From NCBI RefSeq assembly GCF_006345805.1, contig NC_043011.1, positions 19,480,464 through 19,544,463 of the forward strand: a stretch of 64,000 nucleotides of DNA, written 5' to 3'. Made by a program: the position numbers and the translations under genes. Position 1 is the stretch's first letter, and every line of letters starts with the position of its first letter. Under the pieces are notes generated by a model. It saw nothing but the letters and a program-made list of their open reading frames with translations, made no database searches and was not told the DNA's origin. Positions 1 to 15,083 of this stretch are shown here, in pieces. The stretch comes from Octopus sinensis. Taxonomy: Eukaryota.

Positions 1-65
<65 letters not shown>

Positions 66-550
66 TACATCCGTGTGTGCATGCATGTATGTAGATATTA
101 TGTTTGTATGATAGCGTATATTTTGTATATTAGTCATTTCTTTCCAAATGTATTAGAACAAAATGTGATAAATTTGTTCTATTGCCATTGGTTAATTTTT
201 ATAGGATATTGAAATGTTATAAGAGAAAGTAAATGTTTCATATTGAAAATATAATACATGATTCATCTACTGATTTTACGGCTACTACTACATCTACTAC
301 TACGACGACGACAACATAACACCAACAACAACATCGCCACTACTACTACTACATTGGAATATATTACCATATTTCCCAATATCATTCTTATCACCATGAA
401 TAATAGCCATCATGTCAATTATGTGAAAACGTTTAAAACCGCACATACTTATGTACTAGCTAATACATGCATGGACAGCTACACTTGCACATATGTAAGA
501 ACGGGCGTCACCTGCTGATGCATTTGGGCGTGTATTTCAGTGTCCATACG

Positions 551-601
<51 letters not shown>

Positions 602-3600
602 ATGTGTGTGTATGTGTGTATGTGTGTATGTTTGTGTGTGTGTGTGTGTGTTTGTGTGTCTGTGTATGTATGTATCTTTGTACACATAGATAAAATATAT
701 GTACCAATCTAAATTCTTTCTCTATCATTTAAGATCTGTAAGATCTGCATCATCTCTGAATATTCGAACAGAAATCCTGAAAAAAAATTATAAGCGCATC
801 AATATGACAATAAGCAACAAAATATAAATGTATTTTGTGTCATCACCAGTCCAATCACGTTATAAATGCTGCTTTGCTATATATTTGAATGGGTAGTACA
901 TAACAGGGTGCATAAAACATTAGATATAGTCTTAATGCATAATTAGTTATGATCTAAAAGAAATAATTTGTAACTCTAAATGTTTGAATATGAAAAGATA
1001 TCGCTGAATGCGTGAAGCTAAACTTATAATAGTATCATTTCATGTATATTATGGTAATAAAGTATAATTTATAAACGGCTATTAAATTATACGAAAAATA
1101 TAAAATTTCACGAAATTGTATTCAACATTAATGCTTTATTATTTATCATATTGATTTCTACAGCTCTACTTTTGCATTGCCCATGTTCTTCTAACTGTCG
1201 TTCAGCTGATCCGCGTTCAGATTCACATACAGGTGTAACTTACAACTATATAGTTTCTATAATCATAGGCTGTATAACTGGTCCTTTAGAATTTGTTTCA
1301 GAATTGCAGGCGACCTAATTGGAAATACGATCGTGGCTAATAAGACAGTTGGCAAACACCAGATATAATAGCGACCCTATGAGTTTTACAGGTAGATAGA
1401 TCATTTATGAGTTCACGTAAAACAATATTGGAGAATATTTCGATTGCTTTGTGGTAGATTTTGTAGGACATTTTAAAAATTAGTTGACGATAACTTGTTT
1501 CGTTTGACTAACTGATTTGACATAATATACGTAAAAAAATATGACGACACCAGTTGAAAGGCATACAATAATAGCCATAATATAGAATGTTGTACTATGT
1601 ACTACGAAGCAAACTACGCATGGATATATATTTTCTGAGTAATCAAAGAGTATCTTGTTCTAATTAGAGTTTAAATGTTAAATATAGACTTATATATCAA
1701 CGGAATTTCAACGCATATAGGAGAGCGAGATAGTGTAGTTAGTTTCAGTTTGCCTAGACTGTCACACAATATATTATATGATTCATCAATGCATAATGAA
1801 GCGTGCAGTGGATTCACCGGTTTGCAGAGACATGGTATGTCTTCGAACATGAATATATATATCGCACACCGTTATTTAATATAACATAAAATAATTCGAT
1901 CCGGGCTGACCTGTTGCGACAGAGCATCAAAACATATATTAAAATTACGGTGAACAGATTACAAAGTGACTATAAAAGAATCATGACACAAAAATCATGA
2001 TTATATCAAAATCAAAATTAATGGGGAAAATGCCACGTTTCAATTAAAAGCAGAAGCAATAATAATTATACTAATTAAAGAGTAATTCAAGACGAATATT
2101 ACGTAACAGTTCTTCAATTAAAGACAAATGCGTCACCCTCTTCGCCAGCGGTTCCAATGAATTGGCTTGTTGCTCATATCACAGCACATAGTTGTTCCTC
2201 TTCTATCATATGTCGTCCTAGACATCATTTTTTTAAAAATTTAGTCCCTTCTTAAATTTTCATCTCTGCGTGCAATATAACAAGAATTTTATACGTGCCC
2301 GCCATCGCAAAAAAATGGCAGTTCTCTACAAATCTTCATTGATTTCAAACACACAAATGGACGGTGAGGAAAATCTTGTGAACAGACTCCGTATACATAA
2401 CATTGACATACACGATGATTGACGAATGCAAGAAAAATATGAAGAATAGGGATTTCTATCATAATTTCTGGAAAAAGTCCTGTCTGTATCAGTATTGAGT
2501 GATATGTTGAGCCTCCCATGATATTTAACCTTTTGGGAAATAGCAGTTACTGTCCTCAGTGGAATTTCAGAAGTAGATAATATATAAGTCTATTAGGAAG
2601 AACGCATCACAGTCATCGACATCCTGACATATACTTCTTTTCACTAGCAGGGGGATTTTGTGCTCAGATAAGGCTTAAATATTCGGTCTTAACTGATATT
2701 AATAAACGGCAAACATATGGAAGACTTCGGGAAATAATATGACAGTAATATTGTTTCTATTAATACAAGGTTTCATAACTACTTAAACAGATCCTGGATA
2801 TAACGTATCCGTGTGACCACCTTAAAAATGGAATAGATCCCTGTTTATAGTGGATAATAGAACAAAAAGTTGGCGAAATTGACAGTCATACAATAATTTT
2901 GGTGATGTTAGGTCTTGTTATATTATACTTTCCTGCAAACGGCAGCTAGGTTACACTAACTAGTAGACAGATATCATATGAAATAAATCGACAGGGGAAA
3001 GTACCAGGTCTTGCTAACTTATACATGAAGATTACAGTTGCTGTATCCAAGCGATTCGTCACTCTGTGCAATCAGAATGTTATTCTTCATAGTATGTCAA
3101 TTCATTCGTATATAATTCATGACTTTGTATGTTCTATTCAGCGTTCACACGCATTGAAAATTTTCAATGTTTCGCTATTAAATAGCATCAAATACGTTCA
3201 CTTATCTCTCTGTTGTTGTAACATAACCTGTCCACTGCGCCGTCATACTCTGCTGTCTAATGTGGATATTTAAACTGTTTTAGCAATGCCTAATATAATT
3301 TTCCAGATACGGATATATAATATGCCTATTTCCCTTTATTGATTAGATGCTTTGTGCTGATCGTTTTTATTTGCTATCATCCAATATATCCATTTTCTCC
3401 TCATTTGAAGTTATCAATTGTTTTTCTTTCCTCGTAATTGTAGCACTTTTCTTTATTTTCACATCCATCTGATGTTTGGATTTCGCATGTAAATTGTTTA
3501 TTCTCTCCTCTTTCATTTTCAGTCAATGGGCCATTCATGTCGGAATATCGTGTCATTAAATAGGTCTGCCTTCTCTTTTATTTGAGTTATCCATTCTCGA

Positions 3601-3991
3601 TGGTAATTATCACTATATTCATTCAGCTCATGTGTATATTTCCTCTATTGTCTATACATTTAATGTATCTAATGTGTGTTGACTGTCTGCAGTATAAAGA
3701 AGCATCAGAGAAACGGGAAAAAATGTTAATCGTAGCTTCATTTATATTTTATTTGGAGCTTTGTTTCTTTTTCTCTAGAAGCTAAATTATTCATTAATTG
3801 TTTAATGTTTGGGTACTATAATTTAGTAGCATTAACTATTTGAGGTGAAAATGAAATTACGCTTCTAATGACTTGTTTATTCTGCATAGTGTACATAAAT
3901 ATGTATTTCAATAATCGCACAGAGACAGCGCATATAATATATGTGTGAGTGTGTGTATATATATATATATACATACATATATATATATATA

Positions 3992-4204
3992 CTCTTTTAC
4001 TTGTTTCAGTCACTTGACTGCGGCCATGCTAGAGCACCACCTTTAATCGAGCAACTCGCCCCCGGAACTTAATCTTTGTAAGCCCAGTACTTATTCTATC
4101 GGTCTCTTAGGCCGAACCGCTAAGTGATGGGGACATAAACACACCGGCATCCTTTGTCAAGCAATGCTAGGGGGACAAACACAGACACACACGCACACAC
4201 GCAC

Positions 4205-4270
<66 letters not shown>

Positions 4271-4465
4271 TTATATATATATATACACACATATATACGA
4301 CGGGCTTCTCTCCGTTTCCGTCAACCAAATCCACTCACAAGGATTTGGTCGGTCCGAGGTTATAGTAGACGACACTTGCCCAAGGTGCCACGCAATGTGA
4401 CTGAACCCGGAACCATGTGGTTGGTAAGCAACCTACTTACCACACAGTCACTCCTGCGCCTATAT

Positions 4466-4513
<48 letters not shown>

Positions 4514-4718
4514 TATATATATATTTATATATATATATATATACACACATATATACGACGGGCTTCTCTCCGTTTCCGTCAACCAAATCCACTCACAAGG
4601 ATTTGGTCGGTCCGAGGTTATAGTAGACGACACTTGCCCAAGGTGCCACGCAATGTGACTGAACCCGGAACCATGTGGTTGGTAAGCAACCTACTTACCA
4701 CACAGTCACTCCTGCGCC
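3992..4718 (-). mobile_element. tRNA-derived SINE (family A) with an internal microsatellite; head plus microsatellite tandemly duplicated
   Basis: Minus strand reads GGCGCAGGAGTGACTGTGTGGTAAG (A-box-like), GGTTCAGTC (B-box-like), then GGCACCTTGGGCAAGTGTC (CORE-like). An internal (TA)n(CA)n tract precedes a 3' half ending GACTGAAACAAGTAAAAGAG. Identical heads at 4296-4460 and 4554-4718. Same architecture on + at about 30503-30820. Confidence 0.8.
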
Positions 4719-5225
4719 TATATATATATATATATATATACATATATATCTGTGTGTGTATGTGTGTGTGTGTGTGTGAGAGAGAGTTTGTATAAAATGT
4801 ATTTGAACTGTACTAATCAAATATAATGATGCTTAAGAAATTTCAGGTTTGATCGCTTTGTAGCTGGTATGACGTTTCTTATGGTTCGAATACGGTATTA
4901 GCTAAACAGTAAAATATTTTTTAACTATTATACGTAAATTTGCCAATATTTGAGAATGCAAATTGTTGAATCCCTTATTTTTTTTACTGTCGATCATGTC
5001 TTCCATTTTCAATTAATTTATAGCAATAAATGCTATGAAAATGCAATTTAGACATCGATTATATTTCAGGTATATATTTCTAGTATTTACGATATTGCGT
5101 AGCGGTTTTGATTATATAACGTAGAAGAGTGGGATTAAAGTCTGGCTTTTTCGAATAAATATTACATATTAGTCATCCTCAACAAATGAATTAACAATAT
5201 TATTGATGTCCTAGTAAATATACCC

Positions 5226-5455
5226 ATTTCTTTATTACTCACAAGGGGCTAAACATAGAAGGGACAAACAAGGACAGACATAGGTATTAAGTCGATTACA
5301 TCGACCCCAGTGCGTAACTGATACTTAATTTATCGACCCCGAAAGTATGAAAGGTAAAGTCGACCTCGGCGGAATTTGAACTCACAATGTAACGGCAGAC
5401 GAAATACCGCTAAGCATTTCGCCCGACGTGCTAACGTTTCTGCCAGCTCGCCGCC
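5226..5455 (-). mobile_element. tRNA-derived SINE (family B)
   Basis: Reverse complement of the copy at 54137-54366: GGCGGCGAGCTGGCAGAAACGTTAGC...GAGTTCAAATTCC (B box)...CTTTCATACTTTCGGGGTCGATAAA...GTAATAAAGAAAT. Confidence 0.85.
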
Positions 5456-6059
5456 TTAAATATGTCGTAGTAAATATAACTTTAATGTAATTTCCAGACA
5501 TAAAAACGCCCTTTGAATTACATGTCTGCCCATCATATTACATTTGTTTTGCATTTTATTATATCGTCTCTAAACAGAGAACCTCGAAAAATATTTTGTT
5601 GTTTCCGATTAAATTTCTCCCCTTGTGTTATGCGAGATTCTTTAAAATGCCTTCCCTACCATACATACTAACGTCAGTACCCAGATTTTCCCGGTGCTAC
5701 ACATATTAGCTCTCCAGATCATAGCTCTCCAAAGTGGGCGCAAATTATTAAAAAGTTGTATTCTTTTCCTTTATATTACGTTCTTTAATTATTTTTGCAT
5801 AGGAAGTTCTTTTCAGTGGTTCATTTGGGGAAATTAAATATCAGTGTACAAGAAAGCGCATCTTTACCGAAGTTAATCTGTCTGCATAATAAAGAGATAA
5901 TTTATTCACCCTAATGACAAAGCTAAACCCACAATAAACAATCGCATATTTAGTCCAAATGGCACTAACCGGACAAGGAGTCTTGTGTGTTTCAAATGCT
6001 ACAAGGGGTTTTCTCCTGGTGGATTTAGTGTTAAGGGGAATTGTATCAGGGTTTTTTTT

Positions 6060-6235
6060 TACACAGCTGGACTGGACGCCGAACCGTCGTAAGAGTATTC
6101 CCTTTCGACAGCTGAGTGGATTGTAGCAACGTGAAATGAAGGGTTTGGCTCCGAATAAAAATATCGCTCGGTCTAGGAATCGAAACCACAATGTTACCAT
6201 CACGAATGTAACACTGTCACGACAAAGCCACGCAT
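6060..6235 (-). mobile_element. Diverged tRNA-derived SINE fragment
   Basis: Minus strand has the B-box-like GGTTTCGATTCC followed by CTTCATTTCACGTTGCTACAATCCACTCAGCTG, typical SINE body sequence. Family not assigned. Confidence 0.45.
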
Positions 6236-6949
6236 ATGTGCGATAACATATTTATATCATCATAATGTACAAAAAGCGAAATATTGTATTAATAGACGTA
6301 GCAATTGCAGTAACTCTTTAATTATGTTTTTCATAATGTGTATAAGTAGATAACTTTTAAATTACTTGATGTCCGTATGTGGAAAATTGATCTTTTACTC
6401 ATTTATTGAATATACAAATACATTTCACGTAAAATTAGGTAAATGATTCTGTGCGAATATACTCTGCCTGGTCCTATGGATTGTTATTAACAATCACCCA
6501 TTTTAAGCAGTACTGCATGCCCTGTAGTAGCTTATAGTGGAGAATATTTTGTTTCAAGGTTGCGGAGTACCTACGAGGCTTCCATTTAAGTAGGTACTGG
6601 CCTGAATTCAAGATTTAGTACTGACCTGTTAACAGGATTTCGCAAAATAATTAATTACAAAATTCAATAGCCATTTTTCATAGTTAGTATGTGAGTTACT
6701 GATCGTATATCTATTGTTTATTTCATTTTCGACTGTTATCGTATAGAAATCGACTTTTCCATTCGTTTGGGATGTTCATGAACGCGGAAAGTTTTCACAA
6801 GATATTTTTAAAAATCATTTATGTTTATACAATTTTATTACAATTCAGTTAATTCTCGGTTGAATTATTCCAACTGAATCATATGTTTATAATATTACTA
6901 AAGTCTAATGAATATAATCAAGCTATCTATATATTTAGAAATGTATAAG

Positions 6950-7674
6950 TATTTGGTTATCATATAAATAACGTTTCTTTCTTGCTAATTTTATTTGATT
7001 GAAGGTGCTCATCCACAAAGATGAATCCGACTTCACTTCGGAATTAGCTCAATAAATGAAATACTCTTATGTCTCCAGTCATCTTCACTCTATGGTTAAG
7101 GTCTGAAAGCACGACGCCTGCGTGCCACCCACTGTGAATGAAAGAGAAAATCCCCAGCGCTTTCCTGTCGCCACCAGGTTGTTGATTCGACATTCGTAAA
7201 CGCAATCAGAGATTGGTATTTTTACGCCTATATGAACCAGCATTATATTTTTAAAAATCCATCTGAAACGATCTAACTGACGACACACTGTGCTTCTTTA
7301 ACACGCCAACGCTGCACCCAACGTCGCTAATTTGAATAAAAGTGCTATTCAGAGTTCGGTTGTGAAGTGCTATTGTGCCCGGATTCTCCTGATATATAGC
7401 ACCATCAGATTGTTACATTGTTCGTTCGCTCTGCAACAGGCTGCGAAGTGTTTCGTTCAACAACGACGAGGAGCTGAAATGTGGCTGCATGAATTTTTGA
7501 TGTTAAGAGACGGTGATTCTACCGTGAAGGTAGTGTCAAGCTAGGAAACCATTGGTTAGATGTCTTGAACAATAAATAAGAATATACTGGTGACCGACAG
7601 GTTAAAATTGTTGTCGAAAAATAAGGATTGAAATAAATGGATAAAAATTAACGAATTTATCTGGCAAGCCAATA
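6950..7674 (+). mobile_element. Degenerate, internally deleted mariner element
   Basis: Translation across frameshifts gives HANAAPNVAN (HDNA motif), PDSPDI-APSDCYIVRSLQ (YSPDLAPSDY motif) and SFNNDEELK-WLHEFL...YREGSVKLGNHWLDVLNNN (mariner C-terminus). Diverged TIRs: TATTTGGTTATCATATAAATAACG at 6950 and CGAATTTATCTGGCAAGCCAATA ending 7674. Confidence 0.8.
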
Positions 7675-9199
7675 TGTGTAATAGTTGCTTACATATTCCA
7701 AATATTATCCGAAAATATTATATCCAAGAAACTATCAAGACAGTGATACTTTAATTTATCTAATACAATATTCAATATAAAAATCGATAGATGAAATTAT
7801 TTTCTATTAGAAAATATTCATCATGATACAGTAGTAGTTATCCAATGAAAATTTTATCATGCTACTTTTTTTATCCAGAATGTACCATATATAATTTCAC
7901 TGTAATTATGTTAATTGAAAGTATGAAGGGAATGAGAGAATAATATATAGAGTACAATATAAATTCATTGGTTTATACATTATTGCGTGCAAGTGTCCGA
8001 GTCTACCGAAGCCACCATCAGTATATTGTTTTATGTTTCTCTTACATTGTAGCGAAACTGATTCTGATTGACAGTGAGAGAGTAATGCCAAAACTTGTTG
8101 GAAGGGTGAAGGAGAATTTGACCTCAGCGTGATATTGATGTTAGACGGATATAATCAAGATATAATTCATTAAAATGTGTTTACATTATGGTAAATTACT
8201 TTATTTTGTTCTTCAAATATGCAAGCTATAAATGCATAAAATGAATATTCACTATTTTCTACTAAGGAATAATATTTCCTTAACATTTTTGCTAAAATAA
8301 AAAAAAAGGTTTCAAACAATTTTCACATTATGACAGACATATTGTTTTTATCCAGTATAGGTTAGGTGTTAACATTGACTGAAAGGAATTAACATACATC
8401 GCTGCCAGCAATCAAATTGAATGTCTACTTGTGTTGCTATGTATTTCTATTAATACATTGATTAATGCTAAATTTGAGAAACTGTGTGTATAAATGAATT
8501 ATATTGAATTAATTGTTGCGATAACAAATGAACTGGGATGTTAATTTAGTATGATATTTATGAAAACATAATTAAACAGTTACTGCAATAATTTCTATGA
8601 AATATTGTCTCTGTAATAATATGCCTGCTTTTGTATGGTATAATTTAACAATGCTTAATCAATAAAAGTCGAGTTTTTTTTTCTTTCTGAATTGTTTGTA
8701 CAATTATATTAAAGGAAGTAAATCTAAACATGTACCACCATTCAGTATTTGACAATATAACTTTCATTTTTATTTTTATTTCTTCTCAGCTTTCAGAATT
8801 AAATAATATTCAATAACCCAGCGTTGCACAGATATATATCACAGGTCAATGTTGTTTTTACAACATTGAAAAAAAGCAAAGAAAGAAAAAGTAGTAAAAC
8901 AACGGCTCATAAAATCTGACCAAAATTGACAATGGCGATTATCAAATATTTATAACACTGGTTGCTCAGAATATTTAGATAAATATTGGTAATGTATAAT
9001 ACGTTCTCTGACATAATTTGTATATGATTTATAATGTATAAAGTATAATTTAGGTATTGATTCTCAGCTGAAATTATTGGAAAAACTACATTTATTTATG
9101 TTATTGCTTTCTTTGCGTTTTCTTCCGTAGAATCACTTTATATTTTGATCTGACATTGTGACACTTCAGATATTTTCTAACACACACACACGCACATAC

Positions 9200-9300
<101 letters not shown>

Positions 9301-10169
9301 ATATGGCGCCAAAGTATTGTGAATGGAAATTTGCAGGTAGAAAATAGGGGAACGTTTGTTGACAGAACAGCTTATTCATTTGGTAGTTCATCGATTCCCG
9401 ACAGTAGCATCTGGCTTCTAGGTGTGAATATGAATTACAATATCCCAAGTTGCCGAATGCTCTTATGGTCTTGTCATCAGTTTTCAGATATCTCTCCGCT
9501 CCCTCCCAAAAGTCGCAGACGCTTTATAAAAGTTTATGCAATTCTTCTTAGTAACCTATTAACAGAAATTGACATTTTCTGTTTTCCTGTATCTTTAAAT
9601 CCATGTTTTAAATTGTCGATATAATTTAGCTGTAACCATGAAACCTATTATTTCTACTATCGACAAGTAAACCACCTAGAAAATGGAGTATAATACTGAC
9701 TCAATTACTCTGTTTAGGTCATTGCGCTCCAAGTACACCATTTGTAGTTATAAGAATGAGTCTATGAAAGATTACGGAAACAAAAAAAACATTAAAATAA
9801 TATAAGAATAATATAAGTTTCGTAAATAATATAAGAGTTTCGTGAGCGAGTTCCACACGTAAAGATTCATAATTTACACCATAAGTATTTGCACATCAGG
9901 CACCTACGGCTTCCACCCACTCCAATCACATAATACATTAAAATATTTTAACAAGTATACCCCATATTCTCTTGCTGTACATTCGTGCATTGGTGACCTC
10001 CTATGCATCATCTTAAGTATCTCACACCACTACACAGATGATAAGACCCGTTGTTATACCCAAACATGAAAGTAGTAAATAGACAACCTTATAATCATAA
10101 AGTTGTACGTTCAAATTATTTATTGTTATAATTTGAATATTTAGTATTTTCTTGATATGCCCTTTGCAT

Positions 10170-11110
10170 TTTTCAGTGCAGTGCAAGGAACCTATTACGA
10201 ATGTTGTTGATCAAATGTCGGATATTTTCTTGCGGAATTTCTAGCAAAGTTTCATGCAGTAACCTCAGAAGATCTGACTTTGAAGATGGTTTCTATGCAT
10301 TTTTATTTCGCGTTCTGTCAATTATGTCCCAGGGGTGTTCAATAGGGATGATATCTGGTGGCTGGCTTCGCCATGGAATCTACTTAATGTCATTCTCATC
10401 CAACAGATCTCAGGTGATTTCAGTCGTATGACAAGGAGCTCTATTTTCCAAAAATATATTGTCTTCTTTAATCATTTCACCATTGGAGAAGAGTGAAAGG
10501 AGGCCTATCTGCAATATGGACACATACGTATGTGAGTTAGTCTTTCCTTCACACTCCACTAGCTTTGTTTAACCATTACTCCAAATTGTTCCCCAGACCA
10601 TTGCAGAATAGCTGCCGCGTTTCATTGTTGGCTGCAACCCACACTTGATCACTGTCCCGATATACAGCAAATCTGGATTCATCAGAGAATATGACAATAT
10701 TCCGAGATGCTAGTGGCCTTTCCACCATCTCACTGGCGCAGTCTTTTCTCCGCTGGATGTTGCCGGGTAGAAGTAGCTTCCTTCTTTCTGCACTGTCATA
10801 GCACCCATGTTTGTGTAGATAACTGACAGCTATTTCTGGTCCTGACACCAACTTGTTCTGTTATGTCAGAGGTCTTGCAACGAGCGTTATCCTCCACATG
10901 TCTCTTAACAAACAGAAGAGTCCTGTCAGAGGGCTCTGAATGGTGTGGGCGATGTGAACGTCTCGTCACTGGTGTATTGCATAATCACTCTATTTACTGC
11001 GATTTTATGCTATGTCCACCTTCGGAATGACCCACGATACGGCCTCTTTGAAATTCAGACAGTTCCAAGACTTCTTTCGTATATGGCATGATTAAACAGT
11101 CACACATACA
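10170..11110 (-). mobile_element. Degenerate Tc1-family transposon
   Basis: ORF 10576-10851 contains VIFSDESRF. Further downstream on minus, IPWRSQPPDIIPIEHPWDII matches the Tc1 WPxxSPDLNPIEHLW motif. Confidence 0.85.
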
Positions 11111-14100
11111 ACCTTGAATAGAAAAATGCCGATTAACAAAAAAAGGATAAACCTTTACAAGTGAGAATAAACCTAAAATTATGTTTTATAGGATTTTATT
11201 TTACTTCTGTCATGCTTATGTTTATATATTTATAACAGCGTCGTTCACAGGGTACATAGACGATAATCATTTACAACTTTCTTTATCAGTAATATTAAAT
11301 CATCGATTACCGTTGACATTTATACAAATAAAGAATCCTTGATCCGAAAATGTCAACGGAAATGTTTATTAGTACATCCTCCTCTGTAGCTGATACGGCG
11401 TTGTGGCAAATGGCAAATTTCAATATATTTATTTAACGCTTATGTCAATGTCGCTTATTTCACTTTAGACTCCATCAGTTGGTGTTACCTACCGCAAAAT
11501 CTACCTTGTTTGAATAATGGTTGCTTTAACTGAACGAGCAGTACATATAAAACAGGAAATTTCGAAATGGTTTAGAGACATTAATTCCATCTTATCTACA
11601 AACTTAATTTTTACTACTGCTAAAACAACTCTACGAAATTGCTTGCTATAATATATAAACCCGTCAGACACAACCTCCCCTCCTGTATTCATATTCTCGT
11701 GCTGAACCATCTTTACTTCAAATCGGTGCCTACTCTTGAATGTCCAGATACAAAGATTGTCAAATATTCATGTGATCACTTGGTCTTAAATGTAGCCGGC
11801 AGGTAAATTAAAAGTGTAATGTGAAATTGGTACCTAAGTAAATAGACTGTTAGCTTTGTTTTTATGAATGTCTTATGTTTTAATATTTCTTCAACTGATA
11901 AATCATGTCCCGAAAATATATCATTAGCATTCAACTGTATATCCTTATCAGGATTAAAATTTATTCTGATAAATCATTACAAACAATGGGTGACTGTCAG
12001 CTGATTTATTTAGCTAATATACTTAAGGTAAATCCTTCCAACATCCAAACGTATAGATTACATAATCCAACGGATTACGTGTTCCAAAACATTTCCTTAT
12101 TTGTTATGGGAAAATAGCGAAAGCCTTAAATATATTTATTCTCGGAGATATTGAAATGTCTGAAAAAAACAACTTGGAAAATTATGAAGATTCTGAAACT
12201 GGTGCTCAAAAATTCACTTTCTGTAAAAAAGTAGATAATCAGTTTTAATTTACTGAGAGACAATATCTAAAACGAGAAAAGTTTTGCCAGATATTACATA
12301 TAACTGCGACTTAGATTCGATCTTTCTAGGAGTTTCATTAAAACTACAGTAGCAATGGCATTTAACTACAAAATCCATAACACTTACCTGTAGATATTTG
12401 CATATTTATTTTTAATACGTTTAGACACGTTCAGAGGCGCTACAGTGTCATAGAAGACTAACTTCCCTCCTTTGCGACAGTCACGTCATTGGCGCACGGG
12501 GTTTCTGGGACATATGTGGTTCAGAATGCCTCTTGCCAGAAGCACCCGGACCGTTCAGTCTCAGCAATTCTTTAGGGTCCCTTTAAACTTTCGGCGCACA
12601 AATCGTCGCAGATCGGTGCATATATTTGAGTATTTAGTCTTAATAGGTCCTATAAAGTACACTACTCTGAACCGCGTATTTTCCATACAGATACCCTCAG
12701 GGTTTTCAAAGCAATGATAATTAAAAAAGTACCCTATTTTCTCCATATTTAAAATCCATGCTGGCATGTCGATTTCCGATGGACGAAACATGAATGTGCC
12801 TCTCTCTTTCTCACTTGTCTCGATACTTTAGTGACTAGCTGATTTATCATCGATTCTTAGAAAACCCGTATACAATTAATGAATGATGGGAAAATTTAGA
12901 AAATTTAGCACGTATGAAATTCAATGCGTAAAACAATGAGATCCTTCGCCTGAAATGTACTAACGTTCATGAAATTAGGAGGCAATGGACTTAAAAGTAA
13001 GTGGCAAAAGACCTGATTTGTGTCAGTTTAAGATACGTAATAAAATAGGGGCTTCATGTGCAGCACCTCGGGTATGATGGGAACTAGAAAATAACAGAAA
13101 GTTGCAAGTAATATTCCATCTATATGTTGTCGCTTGTCCAAAGTGTACGTTTTTTTGTAATATATATTAAGTGCAATCACCTTTTTGAAGTTTACTTTTT
13201 ATTCATATATAAATATACATACACACACACATATATATATGTATATATATACATACACACACACATATATATATATGTATGTATATGTATATATATATAT
13301 ATATATATATGTATAAATGCATCCAAACATATCTTTACATATACTTATGTATACAGATATTTTTTATATAAAAACATATGCGCATATTTACCTATATGTG
13401 CTATATGTATGCATAAACACATATACATAAAACACGCAAACACGCAACCATACATATTTTATGTATATGTATGTGTGTAGATATGTGTGTGCGTGTGTGT
13501 GTTTGTATACGCATAATGAAAGAAATTGTAATTAAAAATGCTTCAAAAAGTGAACTTTGTTGTTTTATGACTTATTCTATTTGAATTGTCTACAAATTCC
13601 ATTATTTATCTGTTGGTTATATTTTATTAGCACTTAGATTTCTCAATAACTATCAAATTATTAACTTTCCAGCTTTGAAAAATTACATCGAAAAATGTTA
13701 ATCTAATATAATTATTGCTTTTATATTCAATAAAATTTCTTATTGTAAGTTATATTATATATAACTAAGTATTAAAATGTTTCTTTTTTGCCTTTGATTT
13801 ACTCATAAAAATGGTAATATAGTTTGATTTGATGCGACCGTTCATCACCTACCTCCACTAAACTTTTATAAACAACAAGACCAACAACAAGGAACAATAA
13901 ATGTTACTGATTTATTGCAGACAGTAATAATATTTAATACTAGGCCTGACCAAAGTTGTTAAGAATGTGAAATAAAATATTGCCTTCATGGAAAGTTGTT
14001 AACGGGATTTCCAATAAACATTTTAAAATACACAAAAATATATTTATTATACATAATAATTAAGTAATTATGAAAATCTATTACAATTTCCCTTGCCTGT

Positions 14101-14529
14101 GATCTTATTTTCTTACTATGAAAAATATTCAATAAAATATAGAATGAAATTAATTAAGATAGCAACTATTAGGGGATTTAGATTCGATATTACAACAATC
14201 ATTTAAGAGCCAAACTCGCCTTAATTATCGTGAACATGAAAATCAAGCGACGGACTGATAAAAATAACATTTCATCGTATTCGAGGTCGTTTCCGAGCAT
14301 AAAGACGCGAAAATCTTTTAAGTAAACTTATTAAAGAATTATGTATTTTATCGTCTGAAGTTTATTTACATTAATAATTTACAGTTTACCAAAACAAAAT
14401 TTATAAATATTCTACATTATTTATTAGTTCATACTTCGAACTACATTTTCGTTTGACACTTCTCAAGTACTAAACCAAGAAACTAGTAGTCCTTGAGTCA
14501 CTGTATAATTTCTGCTGATTAATAATCCT

Positions 14530-14983
14530 TATTTATTATAGGCACAAGGCCTGAAATTTGTGGAAGGGGGGATAGCCAATTACATAGACCCCAGTGTTTC
14601 ATTAGTACCTAATTTAACGTCCCTGCAAGATATGAAAGGCAAATTTGACGTCGGCGGAATTTGAACTCAGAATGTAATGATGGGCGAAATACCTATTTCT
14701 TTACTTCCCACAAGCGGCTAAATACAAAGGAGACAAACAAGGACAGACAGATAAATCGATTATATCGACCGCAGTGCGTAACTGGTACTTAATTTATCGA
14801 CTCCTAAAGGATGAAAGCCAAAGTCGACGTTGGTGGAATTTGAACTCAGAACGTAGCGGCAGACGAAATACCGCTAATCATTTCGCCAAACGTGCTAACG
14901 TTTCTGCCAGCTCGCCGCCTTGATGGGCGAAATACCGCTAAGCATTTCGTCCAGCAAGCTATCGATTCTGCCAGGTCGCCGCC
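14530..14983 (-). mobile_element. Cluster of family-B SINE pieces (one near-complete copy plus two partial copies)
   Basis: CGAAATACC and GGAATTTGAACTCAG motifs recur. Heads (TGCCAG-TCGCCGCC) end at 14919 and 14983. Matches 5226-5455. Confidence 0.8.
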
Positions 14984-15083
14984 TTTTTCTGCCGATTTAT
15001 CATAAAAACATGCATGAATACATGGCCCGAGTTTGAATCACCAAACACACACTCACACGCACACACGCGCGCGCGCACTAACA

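Noticed and set aside
467-728. ORFs of YI/HT/CV dipeptide repeats, here and at dozens of other positions
   Set aside because: They are translations of (TA)n/(CA)n/(TG)n microsatellites, which contain no stops in some frames.
6566-6598. 9-bp perfect inverted repeat AGTACCTAC/GTAGGTACT
   Set aside because: Too short to exceed chance and does not extend.
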